Positions 56,349-64,000 of a DNA stretch of 64,000 bases are shown piece after piece (within the stretch, counting starts at the first letter, position 1; each line of letters begins with the position of its first letter). The notes under the pieces were generated by a model. That model did not search any database and was not told the origin of the DNA. It saw only the letters and a list, made by a program, of their open reading frames with translations. The DNA lies in NCBI GenBank assembly GCA_036261775.1, contig DATAKF010000499.1:8524-72523 (forward strand), read 5' to 3'. This DNA comes from Polyangiaceae bacterium. GTDB taxonomy: Bacteria > Myxococcota_A > Polyangia > Polyangiales > Polyangiaceae. The position numbers were made by a program, and so were the translations under genes.

Positions 56349-59300
56349 TCAGAATTCGCGACAATCCGTAGGCGCGTCGATGATGCCGAAGTTGTAGGGG
56401 CGCGCTTGCTTGACGAGCAAGCGACGCTCGGGGCCGATCAGCTTCCATTCGATCTGCATGGCGTACAGGCGATTCTCCTGCGCCGGATCGATCAGCGGCC
56501 GGTAGTGAATGTGAATCGACTCGAGCGCGCAGCCGAGCTGCTGAATCTCGGCAAAGCTCAGCACGTCTTGCCCGCGCGACAGGCTGGAGCGCGCTTGGTA
56601 CTCGGCCGTGGCGCGCCGCGGTGGCGGCGTGTATACGATTTCATCGCTGGTCACGCCCGGCGCCGGGTTCGTGACCGAAGCCTCGCCGATTTGCGCGTTG
56701 ATGTAGTACTGGCTGTCGCGCGTGGCGTGCAGCGCGTTGCGGCTGATGCCTACGCCTTGCGCCACCTCTTGCCAAGCTTGGTGCACCAAAATGGCCATGG
56801 CCGACTGCCCTTGGTCGACGTTGCCAAACGCGCGCTCGTCGTAGGCGCGCGTATTCCAAAGGCTGGACCAGACCAAGCGCAAGGCGTCTTCCACGCTGCT
56901 CGAGGTGGCGTCGATGTCCGCGCTCGTCGAAGTGTGCAGGCCGGCGCCGTTGAAGGTCGCCAAGTCTTCGGTGTTGCTGCTGCTGCGGAAGCGCACCTTG
57001 GATTTGCCGAAGCGCTCCTCCACGTTACGTGTCACGTCCTTCAACAGCTCGGGGTCGACTGGATGCTGCAGCATCAGGTCGCGCACGCGGGCTAGGCCGT
57101 CGGCGTGAACGGCCGGATCAGCGCGAAACTGCGGATCTTGCTCCAGCTGGCCGAGCAGCTCGGCGGCGCCGCTGGCCAGGTAGTGATCGAAGTAGCGCGA
57201 GAACGGGATCGCAAAGGCGTTTGGCGGCACGTACAACGGCAAATTCAGCGCCGCGCAGTAGATGCCGCGCTCGTTCACGCGGTACAGCTCGGCCACGCCT
57301 GCAGCCTTGGAGCCCGCGCTGCTGACTACGGAGTAGTCGGCCTCCTCGAGCGAGATCAGGCCGCGTACCGAGAGGTCGCGAACGGGCTCGAGCTTGGGAC
57401 CCTTGGGCACGCGGGCTTGCCAATATTCGTCGGCTTCGGCCGGGTCGGCTTCGCGGATGGTGAAGTCCGACGCCCGCACCTCGAGCCGCACGAGCTTGCC
57501 GAACAGTTCCTTCAAGCGTGGGTCTTGGGCGGCGCCGCGCAGAGCCATGTTCGGGGTGCCGCGGCCGCGCGCCAGCACGTTCACGTGCGCCAGCGGTGTC
57601 TGAAACGCTTCGGTGATGAGGCCGCCCATGAACGCGGTATCGTTCGGCACGTCGTCGGTCACGACAATCACGTTCGGACCCAGCTCGGCCGTCTCCAGAT
57701 CGCGAGCTGGCACGAACACCAGCGTGCCGAAGCCGACGGCGGGGTTCAGCGGCTGGTAGGTGAGCTCGGCGTACGGTGCGTTCGGCCCGACCATCGGCGC
57801 CAGGCCCTCGATCGAGCGCAGCTCGTTGATCTGCCGGCCTTCCGTCGGCCGAATCGCCCACTCTGTCGGATCCTCGACATGGGTCATGACCGCGAAAAAT
57901 GCGTGCAGCATTTGCGCGCCCACGATCTGGTCACCCGGCGTGAACTCGACGGTCTTGGTGCCATTGGTGTGCCGAACCAGCGTACCGAGCAGGTAGCGCC
58001 GCCCCTCGACCATGAAATACTCTTTTTGGCTGAACAGGCCCCAGCCGATGTTGAACTCCTGAGCTTGCGCCGGGTCGCAGCGATCGAGCCGTGGCAGGCC
58101 CTCGATGTTCTCGCGGATCCAGCTGTAGTGCAGGGCCCAGTGACGGTTGTCGAGCAAATGAACGACGTCCCCAGCTTCCATGTCGACGATGAACTTGACC
58201 GCGTCCTCACCGACCTCGGTGCCGCCTGCGGCCAAGATGTCGAAGTCGCCGCTGGTCGCGAGCTGGTGCGCGCGGCCGCTCGGTAGCGTGCGCTCCGCGA
58301 CGACGGCGCACTTGGCGTTGCTGGCGCCAGGGCTCGGCTTCTCGCAGAAGCGCGGTGCGCCGCTTGCGTCGGGCACGCGCGCGAAGGAGGCGCCTTCCGG
58401 CCACGCCATGAAGTCGAGGCGATCGGCCGGCTTCTCGCCGTTGGCGCCCCAAATCGTGACTACGCCTTCGAAGTCGGGCGACGCCGCGAGCTCCGTCGTG
58501 TCGACCTCGGTCACGGGCACGACCACGCGCTGGCCCGCTGCGAGCGTCGTCAGCTCGGCAGGCCACGCGAGCGGGGTGCCCGCATCGGCTGCTGGCCAAG
58601 CTTGGCCCGGCTTCATCGCAGCTAACCGAACCTCGAAGTCTCTGACGTCTACATCGCTGTCGCTGGCGTTCAGCACTTCGACGAAGCCGGCCGGCAACAG
58701 CGCCAGCTCCGACAGCACGAGCGGCCCTTCGAGCTTGGGATAGGGCGTTTCCCAGCTGTAGGGTTCGAAGGTGATGCCATCGACTAGGTTCTGCGGCGGC
58801 GGTGGCCCGCAGGTGTCGCCGTTGGTGTGCTCGGGAGTGGCATAGCGACAGATCGAGAAGTCACCGCTTCCGTCCGGCAACCGCGCGAAGCTCTCGGAAG
58901 GAGGCAGCTCCGGTACCTCGACGAGATCGACCAGCTCGCAGGACTCTGACCAGAGCAGCACGGGCGTGCCGGAGCTCGAGAGCTTGAACGGCAAATGAAG
59001 CGAGCCCTGCTCCTCTTCGTCGTCGGCCCACAGCAAGATTGTCTTGCCAGCCGCGAGCTCGACCTCGGGCAAGCGTGTGGCCTTGCCCGTCTTGTCGCTG
59101 ACGAAGTACTCCTGCAAGGCGATGCTGCCATCGCTCGTGTTCACGAGCTCGATGAAGTCATCGGTCTCGCCCTGCTCGTCGAGCCAGGCGCCGTCGTTGG
59201 CCGTCATCACCTCGTTGATGCGAACGCCAGTCGCCGCCTCGTCTCGCGTCACATCAGCCAGCGAGAAGCTGCACTCCGGCGTTGGCACTGGCTTCGGCGG

Positions 59301-59402
59301 CGTCGACGGCTTCTTCTCTGAACAGCCGCAGGCCGCCGCAGCGAGCGCGAGCACGCCGAACCAACGCGCGTAAGACGACAGCGGTGTAAGCAAGGCACTC
59401 AT
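56349..59402 (-). CDS. Exported protein: lamin-tail domains, phospho-His segment, PPDK/PEP-synthase-type ATP-grasp domain
   Basis: Lipobox-like AACGC; VRINEV...DFIEL (LTD); GGLITEAFQTPLAHVNVLARGRGTP; GSKAAG, RFRSSSNTEDLATFNGAGLHTS, VWSSLWN, QIEWK, KQARP. Confidence 0.8.
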   Translation of the reverse strand: MSALLTPLSSYARWFGVLALAAAACGCSEKKPSTPPKPVPTPECSFSLADVTRDEAATGVRINEVMTANDGAWLDEQGETDDFIELVNTSDGSIALQEYFVSDKTGKATRLPEVELAAGKTILLWADDEEEQGSLHLPFKLSSSGTPVLLWSESCELVDLVEVPELPPSESFARLPDGSGDFSICRYATPEHTNGDTCGPPPPQNLVDGITFEPYSWETPYPKLEGPLVLSELALLPAGFVEVLNASDSDVDVRDFEVRLAAMKPGQAWPAADAGTPLAWPAELTTLAAGQRVVVPVTEVDTTELAASPDFEGVVTIWGANGEKPADRLDFMAWPEGASFARVPDASGAPRFCEKPSPGASNAKCAVVAERTLPSGRAHQLATSGDFDILAAGGTEVGEDAVKFIVDMEAGDVVHLLDNRHWALHYSWIRENIEGLPRLDRCDPAQAQEFNIGWGLFSQKEYFMVEGRRYLLGTLVRHTNGTKTVEFTPGDQIVGAQMLHAFFAVMTHVEDPTEWAIRPTEGRQINELRSIEGLAPMVGPNAPYAELTYQPLNPAVGFGTLVFVPARDLETAELGPNVIVVTDDVPNDTAFMGGLITEAFQTPLAHVNVLARGRGTPNMALRGAAQDPRLKELFGKLVRLEVRASDFTIREADPAEADEYWQARVPKGPKLEPVRDLSVRGLISLEEADYSVVSSAGSKAAGVAELYRVNERGIYCAALNLPLYVPPNAFAIPFSRYFDHYLASGAAELLGQLEQDPQFRADPAVHADGLARVRDLMLQHPVDPELLKDVTRNVEERFGKSKVRFRSSSNTEDLATFNGAGLHTSTSADIDATSSSVEDALRLVWSSLWNTRAYDERAFGNVDQGQSAMAILVHQAWQEVAQGVGISRNALHATRDSQYYINAQIGEASVTNPAPGVTSDEIVYTPPPRRATAEYQARSSLSRGQDVLSFAEIQQLGCALESIHIHYRPLIDPAQENRLYAMQIEWKLIGPERRLLVKQARPYNFGIIDAPTDCREF

Positions 59403-59420
59403 TGGCAGCCCCAGTTCAGC

Positions 59421-59436
59421 AGCACGCACCGTGCCA
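59421..59436 (-). promoter_or_regulatory. Candidate sigma-54 promoter
   Basis: Minus strand TGGCACG-GTGC-GTGCT with GG-N10-GC spacing, just upstream of ATG 59402. Confidence 0.5.
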
Positions 59437-59560
59437 GCCTAGCTTTGCGAGCGTGGGACAATAACACTAATGAATTTAGCAGCTTGGCGCGCGGTGGGCC
59501 TGCCAGGTTGGCGCACGTGTGCCAACAAGGCGACCGCGCTGCCACGCCGCCCGGACCCCG

Positions 59561-60472
59561 CTAGCTCGGTGACAGTGGGCCCATTGGCTGCAAGGCAGGT
59601 CGCAGCCGCGCGAGCGCTTCGGCGAGAAACTCGATGGTCGCCTTCACGCGTGGGATGGCTCGAACATCGCGGTGGCAACCCAGCCAAAGCTGGCGTTCTG
59701 GTCCGGGACTTGGCGTCGTGAGCAGCCGCAGCTGCGGCGTCGCGTCACCCAGGAAACGCGGCAGGCAGGTCATGCCGATGCCGGCGGCCGCCATCCTGGC
59801 CATGGGCTCGCGGCCGTTGGTTCGCGCGACGACGCGGGCTTTGGCGGTGAGGGCCGGTAGCCAGTGCAGATCCGGAATTTTCGTCAGGGTTTCGCTCATC
59901 GCAATGAGGCGATGCCCCTCGGCTTGTCGCGCAAAGTCGGGCATTCCCTGCTCTGCCAAGTAGGCGTCCGAAGCGTACAAGCCGAACGCTACGACCGCGA
60001 CTTCGCGCTGAACGACGTCCGGTTGCTGGAAGCGCGAAGGCCGAATTGCCAGATCGGCGTCGCGGCGGGTCAGGTTCAGGTGACTGACGTCCGCCACGAG
60101 CTCCAGCTCCAGCTCCGGGTGCAGCACGACGAACGGGCGCAGCAGCGGACCTAGCACTGCGCCGATCATCCATTCTGACGACGTGAGCCGCACGCGGCCT
60201 TTCAGCCCCGCGTCGCGACCGGTCATTGCGCGCTCCGCAGCGACGCCCTCGACTTCCATGCGTTCGGCGTGGGCCAATAATCGGCGACCCGAAGGCGCTA
60301 GCTCCTGCCCGATCGCGGTCGGAGTAAACAGCTTTGCACCGAGCTGGCGCTGCAGCGCGCTGATGCGACGCCCCACCGTGGGTTGAGTCACGCCGAGCAC
60401 GCGAGCTGCGGCGGACAGGCTGCCCGCGCGCGATACGGCCAGGAAGTAGCGAAGGTCGTCCCAATCGAGCAT
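59561..60472 (-). CDS. LysR-family transcriptional regulator
   Basis: MLDWDDLRYFLAVSRAGSLSAAARVLGVTQPTVGRRI; RRDADLAIR. Confidence 0.92.
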   Translation of the reverse strand: MLDWDDLRYFLAVSRAGSLSAAARVLGVTQPTVGRRISALQRQLGAKLFTPTAIGQELAPSGRRLLAHAERMEVEGVAAERAMTGRDAGLKGRVRLTSSEWMIGAVLGPLLRPFVVLHPELELELVADVSHLNLTRRDADLAIRPSRFQQPDVVQREVAVVAFGLYASDAYLAEQGMPDFARQAEGHRLIAMSETLTKIPDLHWLPALTAKARVVARTNGREPMARMAAAGIGMTCLPRFLGDATPQLRLLTTPSPGPERQLWLGCHRDVRAIPRVKATIEFLAEALARLRPALQPMGPLSPS

Positions 60473-60572
60473 GCCTCCTGCTTAGGGCAATTGTGGCCCA
60501 TGCAAAAGTGCATGGCCCCTAGGCAGGCTTGGGCAATGGACCAATCGCCTCCAGATTTGCAGGCTTGGCTGC

Positions 60573-61370
60573 ATGTCGCGTCGCAACTTCTTGCAGCTGT
60601 TGCCGTCTCTCGGGGTCGCTGGCCTGCTCGGGGGCTGTGCCCGGGCCACGCCCCTGGTTGCGCCGTCGCCGCCTGCGCGGCGTGGCCAGCGGCGCAAGCT
60701 CAAAGCTATTTGCTTCGACCTGTTCACGCTGTTCGATCCTCGTTCGGTCGTGCAAGTCGCGACGTCGGTGGTGGGCGAGCGCGCGCCCGAGCTTTGCGAA
60801 GCCTGGCGCGTGCGCCAGTTCGAGTACTCCTGGCTGCGCGTCGCGGCCGAGCAGTACGTCGACTTTCACGCCGTGACGGACCAAGCCTTGCTCTATGCCG
60901 CCCGCGCTCGCGGCCTCTCCCTCACCGGCGCGCAGCGAGCCTCACTCGTGGACGCCTACTCCGAGCTCACGCCTTGGCCCGATGCGCGCGCGTCGCTCGC
61001 CGCGTGGCAACGAGCAGGCCTGCGCTTGGCGCCGCTCGCGAACTACGCGCCGGGGATGCTCGAGCGGTTGCTCGCCAACGCTGACTTCACCGAGTTCTTC
61101 GTGACGCAGATCTCGACCGACGCCGCCAAGACCTTCAAACCGAGTCCGCAGGCCTACGCATTGGGAGAGTCGCGGCTGGGCCTCCACCGCGAGGAGATTG
61201 CTTTCGCGGCGTTTGGCGGCTGGGACGCTGCGGGCGCCAAGTGGTTTGGCTTCCCTACGTTCTGGGTCAACCGCTTGGGCGTGCCGCAAGAACAGCTCGT
61301 CGACCCGGACGGCACGGGACCGACGCTCGCCGAGCTTGCCGAATTCGTGAATGGCTGGGGAAACGCCTGA
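60573..61370 (+). CDS. HAD-superfamily haloacid dehalogenase type II-like, Tat lipoprotein
   Basis: SRRNFL, LGGC; AICFDLF, QFEYSWLR, FKPSPQAY, WDAAGAKWFG. Confidence 0.85.
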   Translation: MSRRNFLQLLPSLGVAGLLGGCARATPLVAPSPPARRGQRRKLKAICFDLFTLFDPRSVVQVATSVVGERAPELCEAWRVRQFEYSWLRVAAEQYVDFHAVTDQALLYAARARGLSLTGAQRASLVDAYSELTPWPDARASLAAWQRAGLRLAPLANYAPGMLERLLANADFTEFFVTQISTDAAKTFKPSPQAYALGESRLGLHREEIAFAAFGGWDAAGAKWFGFPTFWVNRLGVPQEQLVDPDGTGPTLAELAEFVNGWGNA

Positions 61371-61372
61371 AC

Positions 61373-61413
61373 AAAAAGAAAAGAGGCGAGCCCCTCTTGG
61401 AGAGCTCGCCTCT
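61373..61413 (-). terminator. Intrinsic terminator of the 61449-62393 gene
   Basis: Stem agaggcgagc/gctcgcctct (61382-61413) next to a plus-strand A-tract (U-tract on minus). Confidence 0.75.
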
Positions 61414-61448
61414 GGGCGTTGCCGTGAAGCTCGAACGTGAAGCGAGGG

Positions 61449-62393
61449 TTAGTTGCTCGCGCCGCCGGCGCCGCCAGCGCCGCCTTCACCACCGCCGCCG
61501 GCTGCGCAGTAGTCGGCGCCGGGAGCGTCCTTCACGAACTGGATGTTGTCGATGAAGAAGTTGGTGACCGCCGCGCCAGCTGCGGGCGGCACGATCTTCC
61601 AGACGAAGGCCTTGTTCAGGCCGTTGTCGTACGTGTTGTAGGTGACGCCCGTGAGCGGCACCGTGAACGTCTTCCACTCGTTGGTGAGGGTGATTTCGGC
61701 TTCTTGCACTTCGGCGCCGCCGGTCATGATCTTCTCTCCGCCAGCCGCGCCGCGAGCGCAGAAAGCGATCGAGTTGACGCCTTCGGGCAAGCAAACGTGC
61801 GTCATGGGCGCCGCAGGCGGGACTTCCCAGATCACCCAAGCGGGCGCGGGCGTCGCAGCCGGCGTGTAGCGCCAGGTGGTGCAGTTGCCGGCAGCGCCAG
61901 CGACGCGGTTGGCCGGATCGCAGGCCTTGAACGGCAGGTCCGTCGGATTGCTGATGACGGGAGGACCCTCGGACCAGCCGGAGGGGTAGTAGTTGCTCTC
62001 GGCCGCGTAAGGCAGCGTCTTTACTTCCTTACCCATGCAATAGGGAGTCGTAGGGATCACGACGACGGTGCCGCCAGTGCCGGCCGTGGCCGTGCCAGCC
62101 GTGCCAGCGCCGCCCGTGCCGCCCGAGTCCGTGCCCGCGGTCGTGGCGGGCGTGCCGGCGGTGCCGAACGAACCGGCGGTGGCGAACGTGCCGGCAGTCG
62201 AGGTCGTGCCGGCAGTCGTGGCCGGCGTGCCCGCCGTGCTCGTGGTGCCAGCCATCGGGAAAGTGGTGTTGCTGGTGCTGGGGTTGGCGGGCGTGTCGGA
62301 ACACGCGACCTGCACACCGAACGCCAGGCAGCCGATCACCGCAACCTGGGGGGCGCGGCGACGAAAGGGATGAGCAAGGGTATTGAGCTTCAC
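61449..62393 (-). CDS. Lipoprotein with Thr/Ala/Gly linker and carbohydrate-binding-like beta-sandwich
   Basis: QVAC lipobox, TAGT repeats, FCARGAAGGE, LTNEWKTFTVPL, FFIDNIQF. Confidence 0.65.
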   Translation of the reverse strand: MKLNTLAHPFRRRAPQVAVIGCLAFGVQVACSDTPANPSTSNTTFPMAGTTSTAGTPATTAGTTSTAGTFATAGSFGTAGTPATTAGTDSGGTGGAGTAGTATAGTGGTVVVIPTTPYCMGKEVKTLPYAAESNYYPSGWSEGPPVISNPTDLPFKACDPANRVAGAAGNCTTWRYTPAATPAPAWVIWEVPPAAPMTHVCLPEGVNSIAFCARGAAGGEKIMTGGAEVQEAEITLTNEWKTFTVPLTGVTYNTYDNGLNKAFVWKIVPPAAGAAVTNFFIDNIQFVKDAPGADYCAAGGGGEGGAGGAGGASN

Positions 62394-62670
62394 GGGGACT
62401 CCTCTGCGCCCACCTTGTCGTCAGACCGCGGTCGCGATCACGAGATCGCCAAGATTTTTGTGACGCGCTTGGAAATCGAGTCGTCTTCAGCAGTTGCGAA
62501 GGCGGGCCTCGTCCGGCATGCGCGACGTTTCGCGCGCGCCGAGCGCCCGGTGGACCGATACGTTCAAAACTCTGGCCAAAGCCGAGCCGGCGCGCCGCAG
62601 GGATCTTTCGACACGCCGCAGAGCACAAATTCCGCGCAAAGGCGTGCCGCGCGCCTAACAGACAGAGCGC

Positions 62671-63582
62671 TCAGCCCGCGAACGGCGCTTCGGCGATGCC
62701 GCGCACGCCAGGCTCGATGGCGAGCAGGCAGCCGGCGAGCGGCTCTTCGGCGAGCTGCGCGTCGTCTAGCGTCGTGCGCATGGTCGTGATGTAGAGCGTG
62801 TCGAGGTTGGGGCCGCCGAACATCACGCTGGTGCCGCGCGAGACCGGAAGCTCGATGATGCGCTCCATCTTGCCAGCAGGATCGTAGCGCACGATGCGAC
62901 CGAACACGGGCTGCGCGCTCCACACGAAGCCTTCCGCGTCGACGGTCAGGCCGTCCGGGAACGACTCGGTGTTGACGGTCGTGAAGGGGCGGCGGTTCGC
63001 GATGTCACCGGTAGCGGCGTCGAAGTCGTACTGGTGAATGACGTGCGCGAAGCTCTCGCAGAAGTACATCGTCTTGTTGTCGGGTGACCAGCCAATGCCG
63101 TTGGAACAGCAGATTTTTTCGGCCATTTTGACCGGTATTTTGTCTGCGCCAATACGATACAGGTTGCCGATCGGGTGATTCCAATCGACGTCACCCATGG
63201 TGCCGGCCCAGTGCCTACCTTGACGATCGGTCTTGCCGTCGTTGAACCGATTGCCGGGCATGTCGGCTTCCACTTCGGCAATCGTCTCGAGCCTCTCCGT
63301 GGCGGGATCGAAGAACGCGACGCTGCGCCGCAGCGTGACCAAGACGCCTCCGCCTTGGCGCGGCGTGGCCGACGTGACGATGTCCGGAAACCTGTAGGTC
63401 TTGTTGCTGCCGTCGGCCGGGTCGAAGACGTTCAGCTCTTGCCCGACGATGTCGACCCAGAGCAGCCGCTGGCTCTTGGCGTCCCACACCGGCCCTTCGC
63501 CGATTTGCATCTTGGCGGTGAGCACCTTGGTGACCTCGGTGGGGGTGGGCTTGATTTCGTGCTGAACGTTGGTGCGGTTCAT
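62671..63582 (-). CDS. SMP-30/gluconolactonase (sugar lactonase)
   Basis: IGEGPVWD, NRFNDGKTD, SNGIGWSPD, PDGLTVDAEG, FGGPNLDTLYITT. Confidence 0.92.
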   Translation of the reverse strand: MNRTNVQHEIKPTPTEVTKVLTAKMQIGEGPVWDAKSQRLLWVDIVGQELNVFDPADGSNKTYRFPDIVTSATPRQGGGVLVTLRRSVAFFDPATERLETIAEVEADMPGNRFNDGKTDRQGRHWAGTMGDVDWNHPIGNLYRIGADKIPVKMAEKICCSNGIGWSPDNKTMYFCESFAHVIHQYDFDAATGDIANRRPFTTVNTESFPDGLTVDAEGFVWSAQPVFGRIVRYDPAGKMERIIELPVSRGTSVMFGGPNLDTLYITTMRTTLDDAQLAEEPLAGCLLAIEPGVRGIAEAPFAG

Positions 63583-63647
63583 GATTGCCTCTAGAGCGAC
63601 AAACGATTTGCTGGGTTAACGAAATTCGAGAGCTAGTGGCGCCCCCT

Positions 63648-64000
63648 CTAGGGAGACCCGAACAGGTCGGCGGGCAGCCCTTCGACGCTGTCGTCGAGCT
63701 CGATACTGAACAGTGCGCCGGCGTTCGGATCCCGCGCCAGCTCGTCGGGGGTCATGTTGTAGCGAGCCGTGGTCACGAACAAAGTGCGGTAGCTTGGACC
63801 ACCGAACGTGCAGCAACTGGGGCGGCTGATCGGCATTTCCAGCACGCGCTCGAGCGAACCGTCGGGCGCGTAGCGGCAGACGCGGTGCCCACCCCATTCG
63901 GCGTTCCACAGGTAGCCGGCAGCGTCGGTACAGCTGCCATCGGGCGCGCCTTTTCCGGCTTTGACGAAGGGGCGAAAGCTCTCGATGGTGTGCGCGGCGT
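63648..64000 (-). CDS. Second SMP-30/gluconolactonase (5' part outside window)
   Basis: GAPDGSCTDAAGYLWNAEWGG...PSCCTFGGPSYRTLFVTTA. Confidence 0.85.
   Translation of the reverse strand, partial: AAHTIESFRPFVKAGKGAPDGSCTDAAGYLWNAEWGGHRVCRYAPDGSLERVLEMPISRPSCCTFGGPSYRTLFVTTARYNMTPDELARDPNAGALFSIELDDSVEGLPADLFGSP

Noticed and set aside
1-64000. Many long alternative-frame and antisense ORFs (e.g. 19598-21373, 26952-28583, 32201-33916, 61437-62789)
   Set aside because: Arg/Ala-rich shadows of real genes, expected in high-GC DNA, with no motifs
1-64000. CRISPR array, tRNA, rRNA, integrase or transposase
   Set aside because: No regularly spaced repeats with unique spacers, no cloverleaf or rRNA-like segment and no such motifs recognised

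Overview
GC-rich bacterial DNA, most likely Myxococcota (Polyangiaceae/Sorangium-like). This is inferred from four MYXO-CTERM-type sorting tails, many Gly/Ser/Ala-linker lipoproteins, a TonB-fused TonB-dependent receptor and Hanks-type kinases. The window holds about 60 genes of accessory metabolism, secreted hydrolases and signalling. I found no rRNA, tRNA, CRISPR array or intact transposase. The main leads are four. (1) A seven-gene minus-strand cluster at 40655-46636 has a sigma-54 promoter and a divergent NtrC-type activator. It joins an outer-membrane barrel, a Tat-exported small binding protein and a Cys-rich lipoprotein to a NIT-HAMP-PP2C phosphatase, a STAS-like protein and two anti-sigma-kinase-like proteins, making it a candidate trans-envelope partner-switching system. 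(2) An exported lamin-tail-domain protein has a phospho-His segment followed by an ATP-grasp domain, the order found in glucan water dikinases. (3) A bacterial gene resembles eukaryotic very-long-chain enoyl-CoA reductase (TECR/Tsc13/CER10). (4) A modular CTAG-bounded repeat has two inverted copies bracketing a Ser/Thr kinase gene. Several gene remnants suggest deletion scars. All family assignments come from motif recognition by eye, without database searches.
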